Source: Candidatus Eiseniibacteriota bacterium (GTDB lineage: Bacteria > Eisenbacteria > RBG-16-71-46). From it: a stretch of DNA of 64,000 nt. The position numbers and the translations under genes were made by a program. The stretch lies in contig CAVSAC010000012.1 of assembly GCA_963725865.1 (NCBI GenBank), positions 224,001 to 288,000 on the forward strand, in the 5' to 3' direction. The notes beneath the pieces are model-generated. The model did not search any database, was not told the DNA's origin, and was given only the letters and a program-made list of their open reading frames with translations. Position 1 is the stretch's first letter. Each line of letters starts with the position of its first letter. Of the stretch, positions 9,056-20,336 are shown one piece after another.

Positions 9056-10339
9056 CTAAGGGGCGGCCGCCATCGGAACCGGCGCCGCCGCCGGGCGCGG
9101 CTCCCCGCGGGACACCACGACTGCGGCGGCGAGGTCTCCCGTCACGTTGAGCGTGGTGCGGCACATGTCCAGGAAGCGGTCGACGCCGAGGATCATGCCG
9201 ATCCCCTCCACGGGGACGCCGACCATGCCGAGGATCATCACCACCACCGGGATCGAGCCGGCCGGCACGCCGGCGGTCCCGATGCCGCCGAGGATGCAGA
9301 TGAACACCACCGTCAGCTGCTGCACGAGGGTGAGGCTGATCCCGTAGAACTGCGCCAGGAACAGCACCGTCACCCCCTCGAACAGCGCGGTGCCGTTCTG
9401 GTTCGCGGTCGAGCCCACGGTCAGCACGAAGCGGCTCACGTGCGGCGGCAGGTGCAGCTCGTCCTCGGCGACGCGCAGCGCGGTCGGCAGCGTGGCGTTG
9501 CTCGATGCGGTCGAGAACGCGGTGAGCATCGCCTCGCGCACTCCGGTGAAGAAACGCAGCGGGCTCATCCCGCCGAGCCACGCCACCGAGGCCGAGTACA
9601 CGACGAACTGCTGCACCGCGAGCGCGCCGAGCACGACTGCGACATAGGCGCCGAGCTGGCGCAGCACGTCGAACCCCAGCCGCGCGGTCAGCGTGAACAG
9701 CAGACACGCGACGCCCAGCGGGGCGACCCGCAGGACCAGGTCGAGCAGCCGCATGACCACGTCGTAGAGGCCTTCGAGCATCTCCTCGAACCGCCGCGCG
9801 GCGGGCGTGCGCGTGAGCGCGAGCCCGATCCCGAGCAGCAAGGCGAACACCATCACGGCGAGCATGTCGCCGTCGCCCATCGCGCGCACGATGTTCTGCG
9901 GAACCAGGTTCACGAGGAAGTCCACGCCGGTCGTGCCGGCGGACGGCGCGATGGTCGCCACGGTCGTGCGCTGGGTGAGCAGCCGTTCCCGGAGCGCGGG
10001 CGAGAGCCCCTCCCCCGGGCGGACGAGGTTCACCGCGCCGACCCCGATCAGCACCGCGATGCTCGAGACCACCACGGTGTACACGAGGGTCTTGAGTCCG
10101 ATGCGCCCGAGCTGTCGCACGTCACCGAGACCCGACACGCCGAGCGCCAGCGCCGAGAGGATGAGCGGGACGACCAGCATGAAGAGCAGCCGCAGGAACA
10201 CGCGCCCCGCGGGTTCGGTGACGTGGCGGACCAGCCACTCGAGTCGTGGCGAGTCGCCGAGCAGCAGGTGGGCGAGGGTACCCAGCGCGAGCCCGACCAG
10301 CAGCCCGGCCAGCATGCGAAGGGATTGGCCGTGACGCAT
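9056..10339 (-). CDS. Dicarboxylate/amino acid:cation symporter (DAACS, GltP-like)
   Basis: Motifs AFSTASSNATLP, TANQNGTAL, GTAGVPAG and DRFLDMCRT. Start re-picked at MRHGQSLRML. Confidence 0.92.
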   Translation of the reverse strand: MRHGQSLRMLAGLLVGLALGTLAHLLLGDSPRLEWLVRHVTEPAGRVFLRLLFMLVVPLILSALALGVSGLGDVRQLGRIGLKTLVYTVVVSSIAVLIGVGAVNLVRPGEGLSPALRERLLTQRTTVATIAPSAGTTGVDFLVNLVPQNIVRAMGDGDMLAVMVFALLLGIGLALTRTPAARRFEEMLEGLYDVVMRLLDLVLRVAPLGVACLLFTLTARLGFDVLRQLGAYVAVVLGALAVQQFVVYSASVAWLGGMSPLRFFTGVREAMLTAFSTASSNATLPTALRVAEDELHLPPHVSRFVLTVGSTANQNGTALFEGVTVLFLAQFYGISLTLVQQLTVVFICILGGIGTAGVPAGSIPVVVMILGMVGVPVEGIGMILGVDRFLDMCRTTLNVTGDLAAAVVVSRGEPRPAAAPVPMAAAP

Positions 10340-10479
10340 GGTGCGGCAGTATGCGAGGGTGACGCACGTCCGGCAACCCGCACCCCGCCGACGCCGGTCC
10401 CGGCTGCATCGAGCCGGGTGCTCGGCGCATCTCGACCGGGGGGCGCCCACCGATAGTCCGCGCACCCTCGGAGGTCCCT

Positions 10480-12027
10480 TTGCGATCCGCGCTCCGTCTT
10501 CACCGCCCGCTGGTGATCGCCCTCACGACCGTGGTGGCGCTCGCCTCACTCGCGCGCGCGCAGGCGACCCTGCCCGGCGCGTTCCAGGACCAGCTCGTGC
10601 TCGGCGGCCTCGACCAGCCGATCGCGATGGCTCAGTTGCCGGACGGCCGCCTGCTCGTGCTCGAGCAGAAGAGTGCACGGCTCCGACTGATCGTGGACGG
10701 CGCGATCGCCACGACCGACCCCGTCGGCGTGATCGACGGCGTGGAGTTCGCCGGCACCGAGCAGGGTGCGCTGGGGCTCGCGGTCGACCCCGGCTGGCCC
10801 GCGCGTCCCTACCTCTACGTGCACTGCGACGATGCGAGCGGACCGTACGTCCGCATCTCGCGCTACACGCTGAGCGGGGACCTCGGCGACCCGCACGGCG
10901 GCACACTCGTGCTCTCCACCGCCTCGCGCTACGACCTGGTGAGCGACGTCCCGGACAACGCCAGCAACCACAACGGGGGCACCCTGCGCTTCGGGACCGA
11001 CGGGATGTTGTTCGCATCGTTCGGCGAGGACGCCGACGCGTGCGGAGCCCAGGACCTGAGCCTGCTCAAGGGCACGATCCTGCGGCTCGACGTGTCGCGT
11101 CTGCCCGCCGGGCCGGGCGCCGCATCGCGTGCGCTGGTGACCGCTCCCGGCAATCCATACGCGGCCTCCGCGGATTCGAATCAGCGGCTCCTCTGGGCGA
11201 AGGGGCTGCGAAATCCCTTCCGCTTCACGGTCGACGCGAGTGACGGCTCGCTGTTCATCGCCGATGTGGGCGAGAACAGCTGGGAAGAGGTCGACCACGC
11301 GACCGCGGGCGGGATGAACTTCGGCTGGCCCATCTGGGAGGCGGACGCGCCGTACCTGAGCTGCCCGTCGGCGTTGCCGTCGCCGGTTTCGCCGATCTAC
11401 GCGTACGATCACGGTCAGGGCCGCGCGGTGGTCGCAGGCGTGGTCTATCGAGCTCCCGTGGGCGTCGCGGGACGATTCCCGCCCGAGTTCCAGGGCCGGT
11501 TCTTCCTCAGCGACTACTACTCCGGCTGGATGTGGCTGCTGCGCGACACCGGCAGCGGCTGGGCGGTCGTGCCGGGAGTGGACGCGGTGCACTGGGCGAG
11601 CGGGCTCGGCGCGGTGAGCGACTACCTGACCGGCGCGGACGGAGCGCTGTGGTACTGCCGCCAGTCGGTGTCCTACGCTCCCAACACGGGCGCGATCCGC
11701 CGCATCACGGCGTCCAGCGACACCACCGGCAGCGTGCCGCCCGGCAACCAGGTGGACTTCGGGCTGCCGTACCCGTCCCCGGCGCGCGACGCCACCACGT
11801 TCCGCTATCGCATGACCGCGTCCTCGCGCGTGGACCTGCGCATCTTCGACGCCCGCGGCCGGCTCACGCGCACGCTGCGGGCGGGCGCGGACGTCGCCGC
11901 GCCGGGCGAGCAGGTGGTGTGGGATGGCACCGACGATCGCGGACGGCGGGTGCCCGCCGGGCTCTACGTCGCGCGCCTGGAGATCGGCACTCGGGTCCTG
12001 AGCCGGCGCTTCGTGATGCTGCGGTAG
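10480..12027 (+). CDS. PQQ-dependent glucose/sorbosone dehydrogenase-family propeller with C-terminal FlgD-Ig domain
   Basis: Signal peptide; EQGALGLAVDP, NHNGGTLRFG, GLRNPFR and NFGWP motifs; CTD ending WDGTDDRGRRVPAGLY. TTG start with SD GGAGG. Confidence 0.85.
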   Translation: MRSALRLHRPLVIALTTVVALASLARAQATLPGAFQDQLVLGGLDQPIAMAQLPDGRLLVLEQKSARLRLIVDGAIATTDPVGVIDGVEFAGTEQGALGLAVDPGWPARPYLYVHCDDASGPYVRISRYTLSGDLGDPHGGTLVLSTASRYDLVSDVPDNASNHNGGTLRFGTDGMLFASFGEDADACGAQDLSLLKGTILRLDVSRLPAGPGAASRALVTAPGNPYAASADSNQRLLWAKGLRNPFRFTVDASDGSLFIADVGENSWEEVDHATAGGMNFGWPIWEADAPYLSCPSALPSPVSPIYAYDHGQGRAVVAGVVYRAPVGVAGRFPPEFQGRFFLSDYYSGWMWLLRDTGSGWAVVPGVDAVHWASGLGAVSDYLTGADGALWYCRQSVSYAPNTGAIRRITASSDTTGSVPPGNQVDFGLPYPSPARDATTFRYRMTASSRVDLRIFDARGRLTRTLRAGADVAAPGEQVVWDGTDDRGRRVPAGLYVARLEIGTRVLSRRFVMLR

Positions 12028-12128
12028 GCCGGCTTTCCGGCCCTCCGAGCGTGCGCTAGACTCGCCGCGTCGTCCTTCCGAGTCACCATCTCGCGCGGCG
12101 CCCTGAGCGCCCGCCCGGAGGTCCTGTC

Positions 12129-13727
<1,599 letters not shown>

Positions 13728-13745
13728 GCCCCCGCGCGACGCACG

Positions 13746-13777
13746 ACGGCCCGGGCACCGCGAGGCGCCCGGGCCGT
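13746..13777. terminator. GC-rich hairpin between convergent genes
   Basis: ACGGCCCGGGC...GCCCGGGCCGT with GCGA in the loop. Confidence 0.55.
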
Positions 13778-13794
13778 TCGCATGGGATTGGCGC

Positions 13795-14424
13795 TTACCG
13801 ATAGCGCAACTTGAGAACGCCCCAGCTCGATGGCCGCACCGGCACGACCACGTCGCAGGTGGTGTGCAGGCGCGAGCGGACGCTCTCGAGGTCGGGTGCG
13901 TCGACCGTGCCGCTCCAGTCGAAGTCCGCCGTGGGGTCGTGGGTGCCGAGCTTGGCCTGCACTTGCGCCAGATCCTGCTCGTCGACCACCAGGTCGCCGT
14001 TCTGGTCGAGCGAGGCCAGCGCGCGCGACATCAACGGCACACCGTCGGCGACCACCTGCACGCCCCCCGCCGGGCAGATGCCCCCGATCCTCAGATCGAA
14101 GCTCGCGTGCCCGAAGCCGTCGGTGAGCTTCGCGACCGTGTGGAGCGCCGCGTCCGCCTCGCAGCCCGTGCACGGGGCGGGACAGAGCGCGACCCCGGGG
14201 CACCCGGAGAAGTCCAGCACGACCCGCGCGTTCTGGAGCGGCGCGCCGGTGCAGCTTCCACCCACGAACACGGTGAACGTGAATCCGCCGCCGGGCGCCC
14301 CGACCACGGAGGGATCGGCGGTCGACCAGGAGGGACTCGGCACGTCGAGGCAGGCGCGGGCGGGGATCGCCCCGAGCACGACCAGGACGGCGACGAAGAC
14401 TGAAGCGAATGCCATGCGGCCCAC
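13795..14424 (-). CDS. Secreted Cys-rich protein with dockerin-like Ca loops and WG-K-YR tail (paralog 3)
   Basis: GTG 14424 lies 5 nt after AGGAGG. Signal peptide; DQNGDLVVDEQDL and DFDWSGTVDAPDL loops; ends VVPVRPSSWGVLKLRYR. Confidence 0.8.
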   Translation of the reverse strand: MGRMAFASVFVAVLVVLGAIPARACLDVPSPSWSTADPSVVGAPGGGFTFTVFVGGSCTGAPLQNARVVLDFSGCPGVALCPAPCTGCEADAALHTVAKLTDGFGHASFDLRIGGICPAGGVQVVADGVPLMSRALASLDQNGDLVVDEQDLAQVQAKLGTHDPTADFDWSGTVDAPDLESVRSRLHTTCDVVVPVRPSSWGVLKLRYR

Positions 14425-14449
14425 GATCACCTCCTGGTGAGTGGTTCAC

Positions 14450-15085
14450 TCACCGATAGCGGAACTTGAGCGCACCCCACGACTGCGGCCGTACCGGCAC
14501 GACGGTGTCGCAATCCGAACCGAGATGAGCGAGCAGCAACGCCATGCTGGCGTGCGACCCGCCCCCGCCGCCGCAGTAGAAGTCGATCCCGGGGTCGAGA
14601 CTCTGGTCGGGACTGTCCCACCTCGCGGAGTACTCCGCCACGTCGGCGTCGGTCACTGCAAGGTCACCGTTCATGTCGAGCGAGGCGCACCCGCGCCGGC
14701 CCAGCATCACGCCGTCGGCGAAGACCCACACGCTGTCCACCGCACACTCGCCGCCCATCCTCAGGTCGAACGTGACGACGCCAGCGGCGTCCGTGGTCTT
14801 TCGCACCGATCGGGCGTCCGGGTCCGTGACGCACCCCGTGCACGGGTTGGGACAGAACGCGACCATCGGACACCGCGAGAAGTCCATCACCACGACGCTC
14901 GACTCACACGGATTGTTGGCGAGGTCGCGCACCACCACCGTGAACAGGAGGGTCCCGTCGGGCGACGTCACCACACACGGGTCCACACTGGAATTCAACG
15001 GGCTGGGCACCCCGATGGCCCCCGCGCGGCTGGCGAGGATCGAGAGGATGCCGACGACGAGGAGCACACGGTTCGCGAGGTGCAT
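14450..15085 (-). CDS. Secreted Cys-rich protein with WG-K-YR tail (paralog 2)
   Basis: SD GGAGG; signal peptide; DFSRCP..FCPNPCTGC and DMNGDLAVTDADV; ends VVPVRPQSWGALKFRYR. Confidence 0.8.
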   Translation of the reverse strand: MHLANRVLLVVGILSILASRAGAIGVPSPLNSSVDPCVVTSPDGTLLFTVVVRDLANNPCESSVVVMDFSRCPMVAFCPNPCTGCVTDPDARSVRKTTDAAGVVTFDLRMGGECAVDSVWVFADGVMLGRRGCASLDMNGDLAVTDADVAEYSARWDSPDQSLDPGIDFYCGGGGGSHASMALLLAHLGSDCDTVVPVRPQSWGALKFRYR

Positions 15086-15259
15086 GCGGCCTCCGCTCTA
15101 GACGGACCAGCGACGCCCGGTGCGGCGTCGGGCGGGTGGCATGAGCTTCCGGAGGGGGGGCGGGAGTGCCCTGAGTGTCCGCCCGCGGGAGCACGAGGCG
15201 CAAGGCCGCCCGGTCGCCTGCGGGCCGGGGCCCCAGCGTGCTCCGGCGGGCTCGACCGG

Positions 15260-15880
15260 CTATCGATAACGGATCTTGAGCCCGCCCCAGGTGTGCGGCC
15301 GCACCGGCACGACGGTGTCGCACGTGGAGCCGAGATGATTCTGCAGCAGCGCCTGGTCCGCGCTGTCCACCAACCCGCTGCAGTCGAAGTCGGCGGTCGG
15401 GTCCGGGCTCCCGAGCTTCGTGGTCAGGAGAGCGAGGTCCGCCGCGGTCACCGACAGGTCGCCATCCTGGTCGATCGAGGCGAGTGCTCGTTGGCCGAGC
15501 AGCACTCCGTCGGCGAAGATCCACACGCTGTTGGTCGGGCATCCGCCCCCCATCCGCAGGTCGAACGTGGCGACGCCAGCGGCGTTCGTGAGCTTGCGCA
15601 CCGACCGCGTCGGCGAGTCGACGGTGCAGCCGGTGCACGTGCTGGGACAGAACGTGGCGCCCGGGCAACGGCTGAAGTCCAGGACCACCGTGCTCGAAGC
15701 GACGGGGTTGAACGCGATGTCGCGGACCACCACGGTGAAGAGCAGCGTGCCATCCGGCGACGACGCCAGACAGGGATCCACGCTGGAGCTGACGGGGCTC
15801 GGCACGGACGAGGGCGCCGCGAATGCGGACGTCGCCGAGCACACGCCGAGGACGAGGAACACACGGATCGCGAGGTGCAT
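15260..15880 (-). CDS. Secreted Cys-rich protein with dockerin-like loops and WG-K-YR tail (paralog 1)
   Basis: SD GGAGG; signal peptide; DQDGDLSVTAADL and DFDCSGLVDSADQ loops; ends VVPVRPHTWGGLKIRYR. Confidence 0.8.
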   Translation of the reverse strand: MHLAIRVFLVLGVCSATSAFAAPSSVPSPVSSSVDPCLASSPDGTLLFTVVVRDIAFNPVASSTVVLDFSRCPGATFCPSTCTGCTVDSPTRSVRKLTNAAGVATFDLRMGGGCPTNSVWIFADGVLLGQRALASIDQDGDLSVTAADLALLTTKLGSPDPTADFDCSGLVDSADQALLQNHLGSTCDTVVPVRPHTWGGLKIRYR

Positions 15881-16212
15881 GCAGCCTCCATGGAGGAGAG
15901 GTGGGGAGCAAGGCGGCCCGTGCGGCCTCGGACGGGTCCGGAGGGTCGAGCCCTCCGGGGCGCCGATCCGGCGCGAGTCTGCGCCCGTGTGCTGGGTGCT
16001 TCAAGGGCTCGTTGACGCCGCCGGGGCGGGCTCCGCGCCGGGTGCCAGCGCCGGGAGACCCTACATCCCGAACAACGTGAGGCTGGACGGGCACCCGTCG
16101 AGAGACTATGGTTTGCAACCTCTGGACGTCTCCGCGTCCAGTGGGTTCCCCTGTCCACCCTCGGTCCCAAGAGTCGAGGGTGCGCCCCAGGCCGCCACCC
16201 ACGAGGTAGCCC

Positions 16213-19200
16213 ATGCCACGTCTGCGTTTCCCCTCATCCCGCCCGTGGTGCTTCGCGACACTGATCCTCGCCACGATCTGTCTGATCGCGGCACATCCGG
16301 CGCTCGCCAAGCGCGCGCCCGAGAGCTCGCCGGCCACCGCCGCTCACGCGATGCTGCTGATGCGACATCCGGCGCCCGACATCGAGCCCGAGGCGCTCGC
16401 TCCCATGCGCTGGGAGCAGGGCGCGCAGCTGCAGTTCGGCGAAGCCAGCGGTATCGCTCGCCGTTACTGGCTGCGGCAGCCCGGCATCGGCTCGAACGCC
16501 GCGCCGAAGACCGTGGCGGAGTCGTTCCTGCAGGCGCGCGCGAGCGTGCTCGGACTCGACGCCGCCAAGCTCGGCCAGACCCTCGAGCTCGTCTCCGAGA
16601 AGGAAAGCCCTTCCGGTACGCACTTCCTGTGGCGCCAGGTCGTGAACGGCGTCCCGGTGTATCGCTCCGACATCGTCATCAAGGTCTCGCGTCGCGGCGA
16701 GGTCTCGTCGATGCAGAACAACCTGCACCCCGGTGTCTCGGTGCTGACCGAGCCCGCGTTCGACGAGACCCGCGCCGTCGAGATGGGCGTGGCGGCGGTG
16801 CAGCCCACCGGTCGCGCGCTCGGCAACTACCGCGCCGAGCTGGCGATCCTGCCGCTCCCCGCGGGTCCGCGGCTGGCGTACCTGGTCGACGTGCCGGTCG
16901 AGGCGCCGATGGGGGACTGGCGCGTGTTCGTCGATGCCCGCACCGGTGAGGTGATCGGCCTCGAGGACCGCATGGTGTACGCGGACGGCACCGGCCAGGT
17001 GTTCGATCCCGATCCGATGTCGAAGATGGGGGACAGCTCGTTCGTCGACGCCAGCAACGCGAACAGCGCCGTCCCGTTCCCGGGCGCCTACGACATCCGC
17101 CCGCTGCTCGGCATCACGCTCACGGCCGGCGTCTATCACCTCGACGGACCGTATGCCCGGCTGGTGGAGACGGAGTCGCCGGTGGTCGCACCGGTGACCG
17201 CGACCCAGCCCGACAGCTTCCGCTACCAGCGCAATCCGACGGCGTTCGAGGACGTGAACTGCTACTACCACCTCGACACCAGCGAGCGCTACATCCAGAG
17301 CCTCGGCTTCCTCAACATCAACAACCGTGTCCAGGAGGTCGACAGCCACGGCCTCTCGGGCGCCGACAACTCGCACTACGTGCCTTCGACCAAGCAGCTC
17401 GCGTTCGGTGACGGCGGAGTCGACGACGCCGAGGACGCGGACGTGATCTGGCACGAGTACGGTCACTCGATCCAGGACAACATCAATCCCTCCTGGGGCG
17501 GCGGGCAGGAAGGCGCGATGGGCGAGGGATTCGGCGACTACTGGGCCGGCTCCTACTCGCTGTCGCTCTATCCGCTGTTCCGGCCCAACTTCGTGTTCAC
17601 GTGGGACGGGCACAACAGCTTCTGGCCCGGTCGCCTGCTGATCGACACGGCGATGCACTATCCGGAGGACTGCTGCGGCGAGGTGCACGACTCGGGCACG
17701 CTGTGGTGCTCGGGGCTCACCGACTGCTGGTACCAGGTCGGCCGCACCGTGATGGACCGGCTGGTGCTCGACCACCACTTCGCGCTCGGCTCCACCGCCA
17801 CCATGGCGGACGCCGCGAACCAGATCATCCAGTCGGACATCGATCTCTACGGCGGCGCGCACGTCTCGGTGCTGGTGGCGAGGCTCGGCAACTGGGGCTT
17901 CGTGGATCCGGCCTCGTTCGTGCCGATCATCACCCACACGCCGCTCCACGACACCGAGAACACCGTCGGACCGTACCCGGTCGTCGCGACGGTCACCACG
18001 ACGCAGCCGCTCGACGTGGATTCGCCGCGCGTGCGCTGGGGCGTGGGCGCCCTCACCGATTCGCTGGTCATGACTCCGACCGGGAATCCGAAGGAGTACG
18101 CGGCCTCGATCCCGGGGCCGTTCTCCAACGTCGACGTGCGCTACGACATCGTCGCCCGCGACGTGAACGGCGGGCAGTCGACGCACCCGCTCGGCGCGCC
18201 GGCCAACTTCCACGTGTTCCACGTCGGCACCGACCTCACGCCGCCGGTGATCACGCACACCCCGATCGCCGACTCGCCGTCGCTGCAGTGGCCGCGGACG
18301 GTGCTCGCGACGGTGACCGACGGACTGGGCGTGAACCCGGACTCGGTGCGCGTGGACTGGACGCTGAACGCCGTGCCGCACGTGCCGTTCTACCTCGCGC
18401 GCGTGGGCCTCACGAACAACTACAGCGGCGCGTTCAACTCGGCGCCCGGCTCGGTCAGCCCCGGTGACGTGGTGACGTACCACATCAGCGCGCTCGACCT
18501 GGCCGCCGTGCCCAACGCGGGCCGCAACCCCGCGAGCGGGGAGCATTCGTTCAACATCATCGCGGCGCTCGGCGTCGTGCTGGTGCTGGACGATGACGAG
18601 CTCGCGAAGCGCCCGGAGACCAAGGTGGTGCCGAACGACGAGAAGACCGGCTCGGGCACGCACCTGGAGTCGGCCGGGACCGTCGATCCCGCCTCCGTGC
18701 TGTCGGCCAACGTGATCGCCAGCATCTTCACCGGGCTCGGCTACGTCGTGACGGTGGAATCGGCCGCGGCCTCGGATACGACCACCTGGCCGACCTACAG
18801 CTTCATCGTCTCCAGCAGCGGCGCGAACACCGGCCCGGTGGCCAGCGCCACGTATCGCACCGCGCTCGAGAGCTACGTCCTGGCGGGGCACAAGCTGCTG
18901 GTCGAGGGCGGTGAGGTGGTGTACGACGCGGCCTCCTCCCCAGGCTACCCGACGTTCGCCGCGCGCGTGCTGCACGCCGGCACCTGGGCCGCGGACGGCG
19001 CGGGCAATCTGCAACGGCTCGCGGCGCAGGCGGGTCATCCGATCGCCAACGTGCCGAACGTGCTGCCCGCAACGCTCCCGATCGCGTTCGTCGGATACGG
19101 GGACGAGGACTCCTACACGCCGGTCCCGCCCGCGTACATCGTCTATGGCGTGACCGACCAGCCGGGCAACGGCGGGATCCTGGTCTACGACGACAACGTC

Positions 19201-20280
19201 GCTCCGCAGAGCGCGCAGATCGTGGTGCTCGGCGTCAACATCAAGGCGCTTGGCGATCTCACGCTGCAGACCCAGCTGCTCCAGAACGTCGGGGCGTTCC
19301 TGCTGGCGACCGAGAGTGCTCCGGACGGGGCGGTCTCCGGGAGCGTGACGCTCGGCCTCGAGAGCGACCGATCCGGAGTGACCGTCACGATGACGCCCGG
19401 TGGCGCCACCACGCTGTCGGCGGCGAATGGCAGCTACTCGTTCTCGAACGTCTACCCGGGCACCTACACGATGACCGCCACGAAGACGGGCTGGGCGCCC
19501 GCCACCCGCACGGGCGTCGTGGTGCTCGGTGGTCAGACCACGTTCGGGCAGGACTTCAAGCTCTACCCGGTCCCGACCTCGTCGGCGTGCGTCTCGCCGG
19601 CGCTGCCGATCCCGGACAACAACGCGACCGGAGTGACCACCACGATCACCGTGCCCGACACGTTCGCGGTGAACGACCTGTCGGTGCAACTCAACCTCAC
19701 GCACACGTTCGTCGGCGACCTGGTGGTCGAGCTGCGGCACGGCGCGACCACGGTGCGTCTGCACAACCGCACCGGTGGGAGCCTGGACAACATCATCGGC
19801 ACCTACCCGACCACGCTGGCGGTGGACGGGCCGGGGACGCTCGCCAACTTCACCGGCGCGACCTCCGCCGGGGTCTGGACGTTGTTCGTCTCCGACCTGG
19901 CGGGCCTCGACACGGGCACCATCAACCAGTGGTGCCTCAACCTGACGGGCGCTCCCGACAGCAGCGTGTACGTGGGTGTGGAGTCGGATGGGATCCCGCG
20001 TGCCGCGGAACTCCTGCCCGTGCTGCCGAACCCGATGCGCGGCTCGGGGGCGACGCTGCGCTTCGCGCTGCCGCACAACGCGAACGCCTCGCTCGCGCTC
20101 TACGACATCGGCGGTCGTCGCGTGCGTACGCTGATCGACGGCGCGCGCGCGGCCGGCGTGCACAGCGTGGTGTGGGACCGCCGCGACGAGCGGGGTCACA
20201 TCGTCGCGCCCGGCGTCTACCTGGTCCGCTTCACGACCGAACGGTTCCAGACCACCCGCCGGTTGATCGTGCTCCAGTAA
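16213..20280 (+). CDS. Secreted M36/M4-type (gluzincin) metallopeptidase, multidomain, with FlgD-Ig CTD
   Basis: Signal peptide; FTP/PepSY-like propeptide; HEYGH + EGFGD; GEVHDSG; carboxypeptidase-regulatory-like segment; P-proprotein domain (IPDNN..HTFVGDL..GVWTL); CTD. Confidence 0.88.
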   Translation: MPRLRFPSSRPWCFATLILATICLIAAHPALAKRAPESSPATAAHAMLLMRHPAPDIEPEALAPMRWEQGAQLQFGEASGIARRYWLRQPGIGSNAAPKTVAESFLQARASVLGLDAAKLGQTLELVSEKESPSGTHFLWRQVVNGVPVYRSDIVIKVSRRGEVSSMQNNLHPGVSVLTEPAFDETRAVEMGVAAVQPTGRALGNYRAELAILPLPAGPRLAYLVDVPVEAPMGDWRVFVDARTGEVIGLEDRMVYADGTGQVFDPDPMSKMGDSSFVDASNANSAVPFPGAYDIRPLLGITLTAGVYHLDGPYARLVETESPVVAPVTATQPDSFRYQRNPTAFEDVNCYYHLDTSERYIQSLGFLNINNRVQEVDSHGLSGADNSHYVPSTKQLAFGDGGVDDAEDADVIWHEYGHSIQDNINPSWGGGQEGAMGEGFGDYWAGSYSLSLYPLFRPNFVFTWDGHNSFWPGRLLIDTAMHYPEDCCGEVHDSGTLWCSGLTDCWYQVGRTVMDRLVLDHHFALGSTATMADAANQIIQSDIDLYGGAHVSVLVARLGNWGFVDPASFVPIITHTPLHDTENTVGPYPVVATVTTTQPLDVDSPRVRWGVGALTDSLVMTPTGNPKEYAASIPGPFSNVDVRYDIVARDVNGGQSTHPLGAPANFHVFHVGTDLTPPVITHTPIADSPSLQWPRTVLATVTDGLGVNPDSVRVDWTLNAVPHVPFYLARVGLTNNYSGAFNSAPGSVSPGDVVTYHISALDLAAVPNAGRNPASGEHSFNIIAALGVVLVLDDDELAKRPETKVVPNDEKTGSGTHLESAGTVDPASVLSANVIASIFTGLGYVVTVESAAASDTTTWPTYSFIVSSSGANTGPVASATYRTALESYVLAGHKLLVEGGEVVYDAASSPGYPTFAARVLHAGTWAADGAGNLQRLAAQAGHPIANVPNVLPATLPIAFVGYGDEDSYTPVPPAYIVYGVTDQPGNGGILVYDDNVAPQSAQIVVLGVNIKALGDLTLQTQLLQNVGAFLLATESAPDGAVSGSVTLGLESDRSGVTVTMTPGGATTLSAANGSYSFSNVYPGTYTMTATKTGWAPATRTGVVVLGGQTTFGQDFKLYPVPTSSACVSPALPIPDNNATGVTTTITVPDTFAVNDLSVQLNLTHTFVGDLVVELRHGATTVRLHNRTGGSLDNIIGTYPTTLAVDGPGTLANFTGATSAGVWTLFVSDLAGLDTGTINQWCLNLTGAPDSSVYVGVESDGIPRAAELLPVLPNPMRGSGATLRFALPHNANASLALYDIGGRRVRTLIDGARAAGVHSVVWDRRDERGHIVAPGVYLVRFTTERFQTTRRLIVLQ

Positions 20281-20306
20281 CATCTCCTCGAGACGCCACA
20301 CACGAC

Positions 20307-20336
20307 GAGGCCCGGGTCCGCGAGGACCCGGGCCTC
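20307..20336. terminator. Perfect 13-bp hairpin with GCGA tetraloop
   Basis: GAGGCCCGGGTCC-GCGA-GGACCCGGGCCTC between convergent genes. Confidence 0.65.

Noticed and set aside
13795..15880. CRISPR array or DGR-like template/variable repeats
   Set aside because: The repeats are whole paralogous genes, with no repeat-spacer periodicity and no cas or reverse transcriptase gene in the window.
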